NCBI GenBank assembly: GCA_963693055.1
Contig: OY843751.1
Span: 3,680,001 to 3,744,000 of the forward strand
Length of the DNA: 64,000 nucleotides
Source of the DNA: a bacterium
GTDB taxonomy: Bacteria > Zhuqueibacterota > Zhuqueibacteria > Residuimicrobiales > Krinioviventaceae
Direction of reading: 5' to 3'
In this document: piece by piece, positions 10,837 to 20,823 of the stretch
Layout: the number at the start of each line of letters is the position of its first letter
Position numbering within the stretch: position 1 is the stretch's first letter
Program-made: the position numbers and the translations under genes
The notes under the pieces: model-generated
What the model saw: the letters and a program-made list of their open reading frames with translations, nothing else
Told to the model about the DNA's origin: nothing
Databases searched by the model: none

Positions 10837-12096
10837 ATGAAAACACTTGAGAATATTTATATGAAAGCAAAACGGGATTTCCAAATATTTGTCAAGATAG
10901 CAGGTGCTGTCTGTAATCTGAATTGCCATTATTGTTACTATTTGAACAAAAATGAACAATACTCGCATGTATCTCCCATGAATGATACTGTTCTTGAAGC
11001 ATACATCCGGCAGCATATAGAAGCCTGTCCTGAGCAAATCATCCGTTTCGCCTGGCATGGAGGTGAGCCCACCTTACCCGGCATTGCCTATTTTGAAAAA
11101 ATAATCAATATTCAGCAAAAACATTGTCCTTCAGACAGGCAGATAGTTAATGGCATACAAACCAATGCCACCCTGATAGATGAGAATTGGAGTAAATTTC
11201 TTGCAGAACGCCAGTTCATCGTAGGCGTAAGCATGGACGGCCCAGCAGACCTGCACAACCAGCTTCGACAGAATAAAACCGGACAACCTACACATGATAA
11301 AACGTTGCATGGATTTCAGTTATTACAAAAGCATGGTGTCATCCCGGAGATCCTTTGTGTTGTCAATGCTGAGAATGTTCAGCATCCGCTAAGGGTATAC
11401 CGTTATTTCAAAGAGCTGGGTGCGGAACACATGACTTTTCTCCCCCTGGTAGAGCCTACACAAGACACAGAAACAACAGTTAGTAAAATTTCAGTTCCTT
11501 CAAAGCACTTTGGGCAATTTCTTTGTACTATTTTTGACGAATGGACGGATAAAGACATTGGCAACATCAAAATACAAATATTTGAAGAAGCTACCCGTAC
11601 CGCATTCAAACAGAAACACTCGCTCTGCATTTTTCGGGAAACATGTGGAGAAATACCGGTTGTTGAGCATAATGGTGACTTTTATGCCTGCGATCATTAT
11701 GTTAATGAGCAGTATCTGCACGGCAACATAATGAATACACATTTGGGATTATTGATCGAATCCCCTGCCCAGCGTCTGTTTGGTGAGAATAAAAAATCCC
11801 TGCCCGCTTATTGCAAACAATGCGAGGTCAGGGATATGTGTAACGGCGGCTGTCCGAAAAACAGAATAATTGACACGCCAGACGGTGAACCGGGACTCAA
11901 TTATCTCTGTTCAGGATACAAATTATTTTTTAACCATTGCCGCCCGTTTGTGGAACAGGTCACCCAATTATGGCGTGAGCAAAATGCTACTGCATCCTCC
12001 CCACGCTCATCATCAAAATCACCGGGACGTAATGATCCCTGTCCCTGCGGAAGCGGTAAAAAATACAAAAAATGCTGTCGCAACAAAACCGGTTGA
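10837..12096 (+). CDS. Anaerobic sulfatase maturase (radical SAM/SPASM) with C-terminal SEC-C motif
   Basis: CNLNCHYC; WHGGEPTL; SPASM cysteines (CDHYV, CKQC...CNGGCPK); GRNDPCPCGSGKKYKKCC. Confidence 0.92.
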   Translation: MKTLENIYMKAKRDFQIFVKIAGAVCNLNCHYCYYLNKNEQYSHVSPMNDTVLEAYIRQHIEACPEQIIRFAWHGGEPTLPGIAYFEKIINIQQKHCPSDRQIVNGIQTNATLIDENWSKFLAERQFIVGVSMDGPADLHNQLRQNKTGQPTHDKTLHGFQLLQKHGVIPEILCVVNAENVQHPLRVYRYFKELGAEHMTFLPLVEPTQDTETTVSKISVPSKHFGQFLCTIFDEWTDKDIGNIKIQIFEEATRTAFKQKHSLCIFRETCGEIPVVEHNGDFYACDHYVNEQYLHGNIMNTHLGLLIESPAQRLFGENKKSLPAYCKQCEVRDMCNGGCPKNRIIDTPDGEPGLNYLCSGYKLFFNHCRPFVEQVTQLWREQNATASSPRSSSKSPGRNDPCPCGSGKKYKKCCRNKTG

Positions 12097-12102
12097 TGCG
12101 TA

Positions 12103-12951
12103 TCAGGTTGCCAGCTTTTCTTTGAAAAATGCAACCGTCCGGGACCATGCCAGATCGGCCGCCTCCTTGTCGTATCGGGTTCCGGTATCATTATTGAATG
12201 CGTGTCCCGCTCCATCGTAGATAAAGGATTGGTACTCTTTGTTTGTGGATTTTAGCGCTTTTTCAAAATCCGCTATTCCTGCATTAATCCGCTCATCCGT
12301 ACCACCATAGTGCATCATTAATGGAGCTTGAATTTTAGTTACATCTTTTTCTTCAGGCTGGCGCCCATAATAAGGAACAGCCGCGTCAAGGTCCGGGGCA
12401 TTTACAGCGACCTGGTTGGTCATGGCGCCGCCCCAGCAAAATCCGGTACAACCGACTTTGCCGGTAGATTGCGGGTGCGTTTTCAAATACTTGACCGCAG
12501 CGGTAAAATTTTTGACGGTTGTGGGATAATCCAGTACACGCATTTGAGTACGGGCCATATCCTCATCCGGAGGCGTCCCTCCGCTTGCAGATAATGCGTC
12601 CGGGGCAATTGCTAAAAAACCTTCCAAAGCCATACGTCTTGTTACATCGCGGATATGATCATTCAATCCCCGATTTTCATGAATGACAATCACCGCCGGG
12701 TACTTTTTTTCCGCTTTGGGTCTTGCCAAATAGGCCATCATTTTGCCTGATTCAACAGGATATTTAATATCATCGATATATAACCGTTCATCATCCCTGG
12801 GTACAACATCCGCAAAAGATTTTGGGTTACCCAATAGGGTTGCTGCCACAGCAGCACTGCCTGTAACTTTAACAATCCTTGTTGCGAATTCCCTGCGTGT
12901 AATCATTCCCCTCGAAAACAAGGCATACAGATCAACAATTTTTTGATCCAT
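12103..12951 (-). CDS. Dienelactone hydrolase family protein (YghX-like)
   Basis: VIHENRGL, GFCWGG nucleophile elbow, GHAFNND. Start moved to ATG 12951, which follows an AGGAG RBS; twin-Arg-like TRREF. Confidence 0.88.
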   Translation of the reverse strand: MDQKIVDLYALFSRGMITRREFATRIVKVTGSAAVAATLLGNPKSFADVVPRDDERLYIDDIKYPVESGKMMAYLARPKAEKKYPAVIVIHENRGLNDHIRDVTRRMALEGFLAIAPDALSASGGTPPDEDMARTQMRVLDYPTTVKNFTAAVKYLKTHPQSTGKVGCTGFCWGGAMTNQVAVNAPDLDAAVPYYGRQPEEKDVTKIQAPLMMHYGGTDERINAGIADFEKALKSTNKEYQSFIYDGAGHAFNNDTGTRYDKEAADLAWSRTVAFFKEKLAT

Positions 12952-13107
12952 TTTATCTCTCCTTGAATTGAATAAAACTCCCTTTTCAATCATAATCATA
13001 AACCAGACCCAACGCAACACTTTTTTTCTCTATTTAAGAAATTCCTTTGATTTGCAAAAAATCTTGTTACTTTTTACACAATTCAAGATGAACAAAAGGA
13101 GTTTGTA

Positions 13108-14886
13108 ATGAAAAAGTGGTATTTATTCAGTTTAATTTTATTTATATCCTTGAACGTTTTCGGTCAGGATAAATTCTGGATCCGGGACGGAGACGAGATC
13201 CTGTTCTGGGGTGACAGTATTACCGATGACGGTATCTATTCCAGAATCGTTGAAAATTATGTGCTCACCTACTATCCGGATTGGAATGTAAAATTTGTAA
13301 ATCTGGGCTGGGGCGGTGACCGTTCCTCTTTTTATCCCAGACTTGAGCGAGATATTGCATTGAGTAAACCTGATCGTGTAACCATTATGCTGGGTATGAA
13401 TGACGGATTGTACAAAGCACCGGACGCTGAAGTACAGCAAACCTATGTGGATGGTATTCATACTCTGATTAAAATATTAAAAGAACGTTCGAATCCTGAA
13501 ATTCTGCTCATATCCCCTACTCCGTACGATCTTCGCTGTCGTGTAGACCTGGCAAACGGATATACAGCCAGGCTTAAAGATATGTCGCGCGCTTTTTATC
13601 CCCCCACTCTGCGCCGTTTGACCAAAGCCTTGCAGGAAATTGCAGACAAGGAAGGCTGTCGCTATTATGACCTGCATCAGGATTATATTGAGCGAATCGA
13701 AGAACTGGACGGGTTTAGCGGAGATTACCAACTGACCGCAGAAGGCATTCATCCCAATATTGATGGCGCCGTGTATATGGGACTGGGAATCCTGGACGCC
13801 ATGCAGACCTCCAAAGATGTAGCGGGTGTATGGATCGATGAGACGGGTCAGGTAGACAGCACCTATGCCTGTAAAATATCTGATCTTAAAACGGATGAAA
13901 AATGCATATCTTATACACGTGACACACAGCGATTACCCATGCCGTTGTATCCGTCAGTTCGTGAAACGTTCCTGAAACTGATCGATTATAAAAATACCTG
14001 GAACCGGGACATGCTCGCGGTTGCCGGTAAAGATTCTGCCGCGTGGTTTGAATTGCGTATCGATGGTGTTTTGGTTGACATGGTAACCGGTTATGAACTG
14101 GGAAATGGAATTAACCTCAGTACGTATATGGCTTCTCCCATTATGGAACAGGCGTATCAGGTTTTTGAAGCCACTGAAAGATATGAAGATACCTTTTATA
14201 CCATGTGGCGCTACAATCTGCTCAAAGGGGTAAGAGGTCCAAATGAATATACTCCTTTTGATGAAACTGTTGATACCAAACCGTTTTACGACAAATTGGA
14301 TGAAATCTATAAAGAACAGCACAAAATCAATCAACCCCGATCTCATAAAATTGAGATCAAATCGGTAGATGTGCCCGAATTTAAAGAAATTACGCAAGCT
14401 GAAATCTGTACCGAATTTTTAGCGAATTTTAACAAACTCCATTTTGAAATAGATTCCAAACTGCTGCGATCATTCAATGCTCCCCTTTGTTTGTATGGCA
14501 ATTTCACCTATTCTCCGCAATATCAGTGGACCATTCTGGAAACCAAAGGCTACTATACCGACGTTCCCGCAGAGATGTATGATGACGGTACTCATGGCGA
14601 CAAAAAAGCCGGTGATGGTGTTTACAGCCTGGACATGTACATCCAAAAGGATGCCGGCACACTGCAATTTGCCGTGCAGGATGGCATTTATTTAAAAGAA
14701 TTCTGGAACCGTTTTAGAAGGGAAAACCATCGTGATGCGGAATGCGACTGGTTGACCACTGCCTGGGGTAAACTGGACAACACCCTGAACGAAAGAGGTA
14801 ACCGCATAGAAGTAAAATCCGATGCATCCCAATCCTTTATCTGGGACAAGGACAAGTTTGAAAAAGCGGTTAAAACGGGATTGTAA
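13108..14886 (+). CDS. Secreted SGNH/GDSL hydrolase with C-terminal choice-of-anchor X-like motif
   Basis: Signal peptide; GDSIT, NLGWGGD, MLGMND, GIHP blocks; MYDDGTHGDKKAGDGVYS motif. Confidence 0.8.
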   Translation: MKKWYLFSLILFISLNVFGQDKFWIRDGDEILFWGDSITDDGIYSRIVENYVLTYYPDWNVKFVNLGWGGDRSSFYPRLERDIALSKPDRVTIMLGMNDGLYKAPDAEVQQTYVDGIHTLIKILKERSNPEILLISPTPYDLRCRVDLANGYTARLKDMSRAFYPPTLRRLTKALQEIADKEGCRYYDLHQDYIERIEELDGFSGDYQLTAEGIHPNIDGAVYMGLGILDAMQTSKDVAGVWIDETGQVDSTYACKISDLKTDEKCISYTRDTQRLPMPLYPSVRETFLKLIDYKNTWNRDMLAVAGKDSAAWFELRIDGVLVDMVTGYELGNGINLSTYMASPIMEQAYQVFEATERYEDTFYTMWRYNLLKGVRGPNEYTPFDETVDTKPFYDKLDEIYKEQHKINQPRSHKIEIKSVDVPEFKEITQAEICTEFLANFNKLHFEIDSKLLRSFNAPLCLYGNFTYSPQYQWTILETKGYYTDVPAEMYDDGTHGDKKAGDGVYSLDMYIQKDAGTLQFAVQDGIYLKEFWNRFRRENHRDAECDWLTTAWGKLDNTLNERGNRIEVKSDASQSFIWDKDKFEKAVKTGL

Positions 14887-14940
14887 TTATTTGACCTCCC
14901 AGTGACTTTAAAAAATCACAAACTAAAAAGATATCAACTC

Positions 14941-14974
14941 TCCGTCCCATCCGTCAGCTGACGGATGGGACGGA
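14941..14974. repeat. Perfect 34-bp palindrome
   Basis: TCCGTCCCATCCGTCAG|CTGACGGATGGGACGGA equals its own reverse complement. Confidence 0.95.
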
Positions 14975-15014
14975 ATTATGGTGCAAAGCTCTTCCGTGCA
15001 AATATCTGTGAATC

Positions 15015-15057
15015 AATTTTGATCGTGACAGAGATAATCTCTGTCACGATCAAAATT
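15015..15057. repeat. Perfect inverted repeat, 21-bp arms with 1-nt centre (REP-like)
   Basis: AATTTTGATCGTGACAGAGAT-A-ATCTCTGTCACGATCAAAATT. Confidence 0.95.
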
Positions 15058-15127
15058 TTATTGTATCCACAATATTTGTATTGATCACATGCTATGGGAA
15101 CATACACCCAGATCATTATTAAAAAAA

Positions 15128-17281
15128 TTATTTCCCCATCATCCACGCCAGATTAAACGCATAATATAACCTGCTGTCGCTTAAATGGATAATGCCGTCC
15201 GGGGTTTGGGTACCTGCCCAATATGAATGCGGCTGACCATGTGTCGAGTCCAGCACAAATTGCTCGTTCCAGGGAGCGGCAAGATGCCTTTCTTCCCCCT
15301 CTCTGACATCACTCAACACCCGAATGATCGGCCAGGTCTTGCCTTCATCCCAGGACAATGCGGCATAACTGCCAAAGAGGGTTGCGGGATTTCCATTGGC
15401 ATCCAGACCCTCCATCCCTTTGGGCGCAATGCTGACAAACAAAATCGGTTTTCTGCCCAATCCTTTGGGATCAAGCGAGGTATTTGAATATTCCAGACGA
15501 ATAAGCGCTGAACGCATAACCGAACTGATGGGCGGAAATATGGATTTGTGAACGGAAAACGTTTTGCCCTGATCATCAGAATAGCACATGGGCATGTTAC
15601 CAAAAGTTTCTCCATCGTCGCGATCAAAACACAAAATCCTGCCGTCGTTCAACTCGACTCCTACAATATGCTCTCCCGGGGGACCAGCCTTTTCTGTTTG
15701 CACGGACCAGGTCTTTCCGCCATCCTTGCTTATATTCACCGTCGAGCCGCTGCCGCCCACAGGTGAACCATCCGAAAAGGAAATAAAGCTGCCGTCTTGA
15801 AGCACAAACACGTTGCCCTGCGGCTGATTGCGGTCCGCTTGTAAATGAAAATCATCGAATCCCTGCTTAATGGTCACCGGCTCCGACCAGGTCACACCAT
15901 TGTTCGTGCTTTTGCTGAATGTCTGAGAGAGCTTGGACCATCTGCCGTCCGTGCTGATACCATTGAGTCGATACAGCGTAAAGGGTTCGTCAAATCCATT
16001 TGCTAACCGTACCGCATTGTTCCACAACTGGGTTCCGTGCATGTTCCGGTCCGCTTCTTTGTAAAACTCGGTTACCTGATCATCCCACACCAATTCACCG
16101 GATGCCTGTCGTCTCGCACGCAGGGCCAGCACAGTCAATGCCTGGTCTTTTTCGCTCTCTCCGGTAAACCATGCCATAAGCAGATCCCCATTCTCTCCCC
16201 AGGTGATTGCCGGAGAGTGATTATGGGTATACAGCGGAATGCTAAACTGCTCCAGGAGTTCGGGACTGTTGTAGGTTTCAACAATAGTATACAGGGATTT
16301 TAATTCATAATAAGACCGGGTGCTGTCTGTTGACCATTGATATTTTTCAGAACTTACATTTTGTGCCCAGATTTTGAGTTCATGCCGCAGAAAAGGTTTG
16401 GGCAAGGATTGTCCCTTGGGTACCCGCACGGGCCGGAATCCCATCAGAAAATGTCGGTCAGTTCTGCCGGATGAGATACGATTTGCCGCGCGCAATGTTT
16501 GGATATAGACATTGTGACAGCCGCCACGGACCACTTTGGAATCTCCATTCACATATCCAACAGGATCAACGGTGTCAGATGCTGCATAAGGACCATACCA
16601 GTCCATGCACAGTTCCTGCACATTTGCGCTCATGTCATACAGTCCCCACGCGTTTGGGCCCTCACGTCCAACAGTCAGGTCCACATCTTTTGGGGTAGTC
16701 CAGGCGATTCCGTTAGCGGGACGGTTGCCCCGTGTTACCAGCCAGGGGAAAATAATATTTTGATCAAAAAGCAGATCACCCAAAGGATTGTGATCATAGA
16801 TATTCTCTTTCACACCATCAATATAGAGTGTACGGGTTCCGGCTCGTGCGGCATATTCCCATTCCGCTTCGGTGGGTAAGCGGTAATCATGTTCCGGATC
16901 GTGTTGCGACATCCACTTGCAAAACGCCACAGCATTGTTCCAATTGACATATACCACAGCCTCATTATCATTGGCACTCATGCCCCAGGCCTTGCCGCGT
17001 AGTTTTGCATGATCAGGATCAAACAATTCATATTGCGCGTTGGTGATCTCGTATTTTGACATTTCAAATGACTGTGTAAGGGTAACCGGTCTTGCCGGCA
17101 GCTCATCCTGGATGAATATCGCTTTTTCAGCAGTGATGTATTCGGGGCCCAGATCCGCGCCCATCATAAAACGTCCGGCAGGAACAGGGACAAATTCCAG
17201 ATCAGGCAGATCATCTGCTAATACAGAAATACTAGTACAAAACACAAATAAAAAGAAAACAAATTTCAGATTTTTCATCAA
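15128..17281 (-). CDS. Secreted FGE/SUMF1-fold domain fused to BNR/Asp-box (sialidase-like) propeller
   Basis: YRLPTEAEWEYAARAG and PNAWGLYDMSANV; Asp-boxes STNNGVTW, SKDGGKTW, SDDQGKTF, SWDEGKTW. Confidence 0.82.
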   Translation of the reverse strand: MMKNLKFVFFLFVFCTSISVLADDLPDLEFVPVPAGRFMMGADLGPEYITAEKAIFIQDELPARPVTLTQSFEMSKYEITNAQYELFDPDHAKLRGKAWGMSANDNEAVVYVNWNNAVAFCKWMSQHDPEHDYRLPTEAEWEYAARAGTRTLYIDGVKENIYDHNPLGDLLFDQNIIFPWLVTRGNRPANGIAWTTPKDVDLTVGREGPNAWGLYDMSANVQELCMDWYGPYAASDTVDPVGYVNGDSKVVRGGCHNVYIQTLRAANRISSGRTDRHFLMGFRPVRVPKGQSLPKPFLRHELKIWAQNVSSEKYQWSTDSTRSYYELKSLYTIVETYNSPELLEQFSIPLYTHNHSPAITWGENGDLLMAWFTGESEKDQALTVLALRARRQASGELVWDDQVTEFYKEADRNMHGTQLWNNAVRLANGFDEPFTLYRLNGISTDGRWSKLSQTFSKSTNNGVTWSEPVTIKQGFDDFHLQADRNQPQGNVFVLQDGSFISFSDGSPVGGSGSTVNISKDGGKTWSVQTEKAGPPGEHIVGVELNDGRILCFDRDDGETFGNMPMCYSDDQGKTFSVHKSIFPPISSVMRSALIRLEYSNTSLDPKGLGRKPILFVSIAPKGMEGLDANGNPATLFGSYAALSWDEGKTWPIIRVLSDVREGEERHLAAPWNEQFVLDSTHGQPHSYWAGTQTPDGIIHLSDSRLYYAFNLAWMMGK

Positions 17282-17377
17282 TCATACCTCAAGCAAGGAA
17301 ACGATAGTTTAAAAAAAAGAACACGGAAAACACGAATAAGACGAATTTCCACTGATTATCTTTTATAACAAAATATA

Positions 17378-19294
17378 TTATTTTCCAAACCACACCTTCA
17401 TCTTACCTTCGCCCCGGTTTGACCAGGCATAGTAGGGTATGAGTGTCATATTTGGATTCTTAGCCGAGATCACATTCACGCCATTCAACAAATTATCCTG
17501 GTGTTCTATGTCAAATTGGGTTCCACCATCAATAATCAATTCCAAGAAATTGGGATTATCAATTTCTTCCGCGCAATACACAATAGGACCGTAATCGATG
17601 GCAGTCTTGCCATGGTCTTCTGCCACTCGGGTATCTGCAATGATCCGTTTGATGGTCATGGGGAATTCCAATTCTATACGGTCCCCTTTTTTCCACGTCC
17701 GGGTGATCTCTGCAAAGCCTTTATTATACACAAAGTCAACCGGTTCACCATTGATTAAAATCGAAAACTCCATAGCGCTGTTGGATGAATAGCTGTACAG
17801 ATTTCCCGGCAATGTACGGTCAAGCACCCATCCCGGTATACGCAGCTTGAGGGTCATGAGGATCTCTTTTGCCGGATCCAGTTTAATCTCTGCATTGCCA
17901 TTCCAGGGGAACCCGGAAGTCTGTTCAAGACGCATATCCGTATGATTGATACTGAACCGGGCATTGCTTCCCACATACAGGTTGATATAAAGGCTGTCCT
18001 CATTGACCGCATAGATCAAATTGGGAATGGACGGTATAAACCGGATGATATTTGTGGGACAGCATGAGCAGTCGAACCAGCCTTGTCGGGTGCGTGAGCC
18101 CTGGTTAAACTTGTATTCCCCATCCGCTTCAAGGGGATTGGGATAGAAAAAGTGGGTACCGTCAAGCGACAGACCTGCAAGCATTCCGTTATAAAGCGTC
18201 CGTTCAATCACATCGATATATTTAGCATTGCCTGTCAGTTGAAACAGACGCTGATTCCAGTAAATACTACCGATTGCGGCACAAGTCTCGTTATAAGCGG
18301 TTAAATTGGGAAGCTCATAATTTTCCCCAAAAGATTCTCCGCTATGTCTGGCGCCAATACCGCCGGTAAGATACATTTTCTTGCCCACCATATTTTCCCA
18401 AAGCGCATTTACTGCTTTTAAATACTCTGTATCTCCATAGATAGCAGCAATATCCGTCATGCCCGCATACATGTACACGGCACGCACCGCATGTCCTACC
18501 ACCTCATCCTGTTCTGTCACCGGCAGATGGTCCTGGCTGTATGCTCCATACAAATCATGGGACAAAGAATCGCCGCGCTGGTCCAGAAAATATTTTGCCA
18601 GTTCAAGATATTTCTCCTCTTTGCTGATTCGATAAAGTTTGATCAAACCCGTTTCTACAATCTGGTGTCCCGGTGTTGCCTGCAACTTTTCAGGACCAAA
18701 AACCTCTGTCAGCAGGTCCGCGTTTTTCAAAGCAATATTTAAAAATACCGTATCCCCTGTTGCATAATAATTGGCAGCAGCCGCTTCAAACATGTGGCCG
18801 CTGTTGTACAGTTCGTGACTCGCTCCCAGGTGCTCCCAGCGCTCGCCGGGATTCACCCATTTTGCAGGTGGATTGTGGGGATCAATGGTCCGCCAGGTGG
18901 TCAGGTATCCATCCTCTTCCTGTCCCACTTTAATGATTGCAATCACCGAGTCAATATATGCTTTGAGTTTTGGGTCCGGTGCACTGATCAACGAGTAAGA
19001 AGCGCCTTCAATAATCTTGTAAAGATCTGTATCATCAAAGGGCATTTTGCCGCAGGTTTTACCTTCCAGCTTGCCGCCGGCAATAAGAAAATTGTCCATA
19101 CGGCCCTCGGTGCTGCATTTATCAAACGCATATTGAATGGTCTTTTCCTGCACTGTTTTGATAATGGGCAGCCAAAATCCATCCGTCAGCTCGACATTTT
19201 TAACATCCACAGAAGATATGGGATAATCGTGCAATTTTGTTCGTGTTCCGCAGCCTAAAAACAAAGCGATCAGTAGAATCCATGTTTTCTTCAT
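17378..19294 (-). CDS. GH127 beta-L-arabinofuranosidase-like lipoprotein
   Basis: LFLGC lipobox; SHELYNSGH, GHAVRAVY, YNETCAAIG, CSCCPTN motifs. Confidence 0.92.
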   Translation of the reverse strand: MKKTWILLIALFLGCGTRTKLHDYPISSVDVKNVELTDGFWLPIIKTVQEKTIQYAFDKCSTEGRMDNFLIAGGKLEGKTCGKMPFDDTDLYKIIEGASYSLISAPDPKLKAYIDSVIAIIKVGQEEDGYLTTWRTIDPHNPPAKWVNPGERWEHLGASHELYNSGHMFEAAAANYYATGDTVFLNIALKNADLLTEVFGPEKLQATPGHQIVETGLIKLYRISKEEKYLELAKYFLDQRGDSLSHDLYGAYSQDHLPVTEQDEVVGHAVRAVYMYAGMTDIAAIYGDTEYLKAVNALWENMVGKKMYLTGGIGARHSGESFGENYELPNLTAYNETCAAIGSIYWNQRLFQLTGNAKYIDVIERTLYNGMLAGLSLDGTHFFYPNPLEADGEYKFNQGSRTRQGWFDCSCCPTNIIRFIPSIPNLIYAVNEDSLYINLYVGSNARFSINHTDMRLEQTSGFPWNGNAEIKLDPAKEILMTLKLRIPGWVLDRTLPGNLYSYSSNSAMEFSILINGEPVDFVYNKGFAEITRTWKKGDRIELEFPMTIKRIIADTRVAEDHGKTAIDYGPIVYCAEEIDNPNFLELIIDGGTQFDIEHQDNLLNGVNVISAKNPNMTLIPYYAWSNRGEGKMKVWFGK

Positions 19295-19421
19295 GTTAAC
19301 CTCTTTACTACAACTCTTTATATGATTGATCTTGAATATAAAATAAGAAAATAAAACCCCTGAGCAAACAGAAAATAAGAAATACCGGAAAAATATTCCG
19401 GGTTCAACATCCCCTCATATT

Positions 19422-20504
19422 TTACTGAATTGATACAGGTTTGAGGAAAATGCTCTCTTTAATTTCGTCCAGCTTTAAATCCGCAATATCCCGTCCCATT
19501 TCATCCAGTATTGCTTTATTATCGGACAATTGGATTTCCACGACGCTTTTTTCATCCATTACCAGAAACGTTTTCATGGGAAATCTTTTTTCCGAAACAA
19601 TATTATTATTTTTGTCACGTATTATTACTTCCTGTAACAAACAAAATTCGATTAAAAAATGGAAATCCTCAATAGTGTTATCTTTATCTTTTGTATCAGT
19701 AGGGACACAGGTCACCCAAAGATTGTACTCTAAATCGCCGCCAGTATTGGCTTTAATTTTTTTTACTGGAATCTTTAGGGATTGCAAAGGCATAACATTT
19801 GTGAAAACCTGGTCATGTCCTATTGAGGGACTGTATTTTAAATCAAAATTCCATGGAATTTTGACTAAATCAATATCACGAAAATACGATACAAAATCTT
19901 TAAACGGTTCATTTAATACGGACGCTGAAACAGACTCGAACCAGAACGAGTTGAATATGATCTTTTTATCATCCTGATATAACAGCAATTTCTCGCTACC
20001 GTCATCCATAAAATCCTTTAAAGGCGAACTATTTGCAACTTTTGCAAACTGCCGGGCAATCTGTTTTTTGTTCAGGGAGTAATAATCCAGTTTATACTGA
20101 TTATCACTCTCGGGTATGTATGTAAACTGCTCAACATTAAAAATTATATCCCTGATTTTAAAATTCTCAATGTCATCAAAAACCGGTGTAAATCCAATAT
20201 TCCACCTTTTGTTAAAATACTGTCCGTTTCTTTTATAAGCTTTTTGAAGTTCTGCAATATCGTCACTATTCAACCGTGTAAAACAAGCCCCGTTTGTACA
20301 ATCCGAAACAATTTGATTATCATGGATCAACAAGACACAATAAGGGTCCATGTCTGCAATGCGGGTGTGCATCTTACCGATTCGGGTCAGTTGCTTTGAT
20401 TGATAACTGTATTCATATTGCTTAATGCTTACAAATACATCCTGTGCATGAATACGGGAACAGAACAAAAAGGATATAAATACAATTAAAATCCGTTTAT
20501 TCAT
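19422..20504 (-). CDS. Exported hypothetical protein, third gene of the ECF operon
   Basis: 360-aa ORF with signal peptide, overlapping the upstream stop; no motif recognised. Confidence 0.65.
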   Translation of the reverse strand: MNKRILIVFISFLFCSRIHAQDVFVSIKQYEYSYQSKQLTRIGKMHTRIADMDPYCVLLIHDNQIVSDCTNGACFTRLNSDDIAELQKAYKRNGQYFNKRWNIGFTPVFDDIENFKIRDIIFNVEQFTYIPESDNQYKLDYYSLNKKQIARQFAKVANSSPLKDFMDDGSEKLLLYQDDKKIIFNSFWFESVSASVLNEPFKDFVSYFRDIDLVKIPWNFDLKYSPSIGHDQVFTNVMPLQSLKIPVKKIKANTGGDLEYNLWVTCVPTDTKDKDNTIEDFHFLIEFCLLQEVIIRDKNNNIVSEKRFPMKTFLVMDEKSVVEIQLSDNKAILDEMGRDIADLKLDEIKESIFLKPVSIQ

Positions 20505-20823
20505 CTGATGCTCCTTCTGATGAAATCCTGTCCTTATTAGTCAATTGTACAACCTGGGTTGGTGTAAATTCAGAAATTGTAATTCTTTCCGCTGAAACAA
20601 TCTGGGTAGGAGTAAAATCCTGATCGGTGGGTACTTGCTGAATTGTACAAACAAACAGGACGATGATCAAAATACCGGCTATTGCCAGTCCATATATGCT
20701 AACCGGATAATTATTCTGAAAGGGTATCTCAGAAATAAGTTTTCTTAACAGGGTTTCATCCGGCTCATGTTCAGATTCAAATACATGCCTTAACCTATTA
20801 TCAATATTTTTTTCCTGCTTCAT
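20497..20823 (-). CDS. Putative single-TM anti-sigma factor
   Basis: Overlaps the ECF gene stop (ATGA); short soluble N-terminus plus one TM helix. Confidence 0.6.
   Translation of the reverse strand: MKQEKNIDNRLRHVFESEHEPDETLLRKLISEIPFQNNYPVSIYGLAIAGILIIVLFVCTIQQVPTDQDFTPTQIVSAERITISEFTPTQVVQLTNKDRISSEGASDE

Noticed and set aside
15128-17281. True formylglycine-generating enzyme partnering the sulfatase maturase
   Set aside because: The catalytic cysteine pair is absent and no sulfatase gene is in the window.
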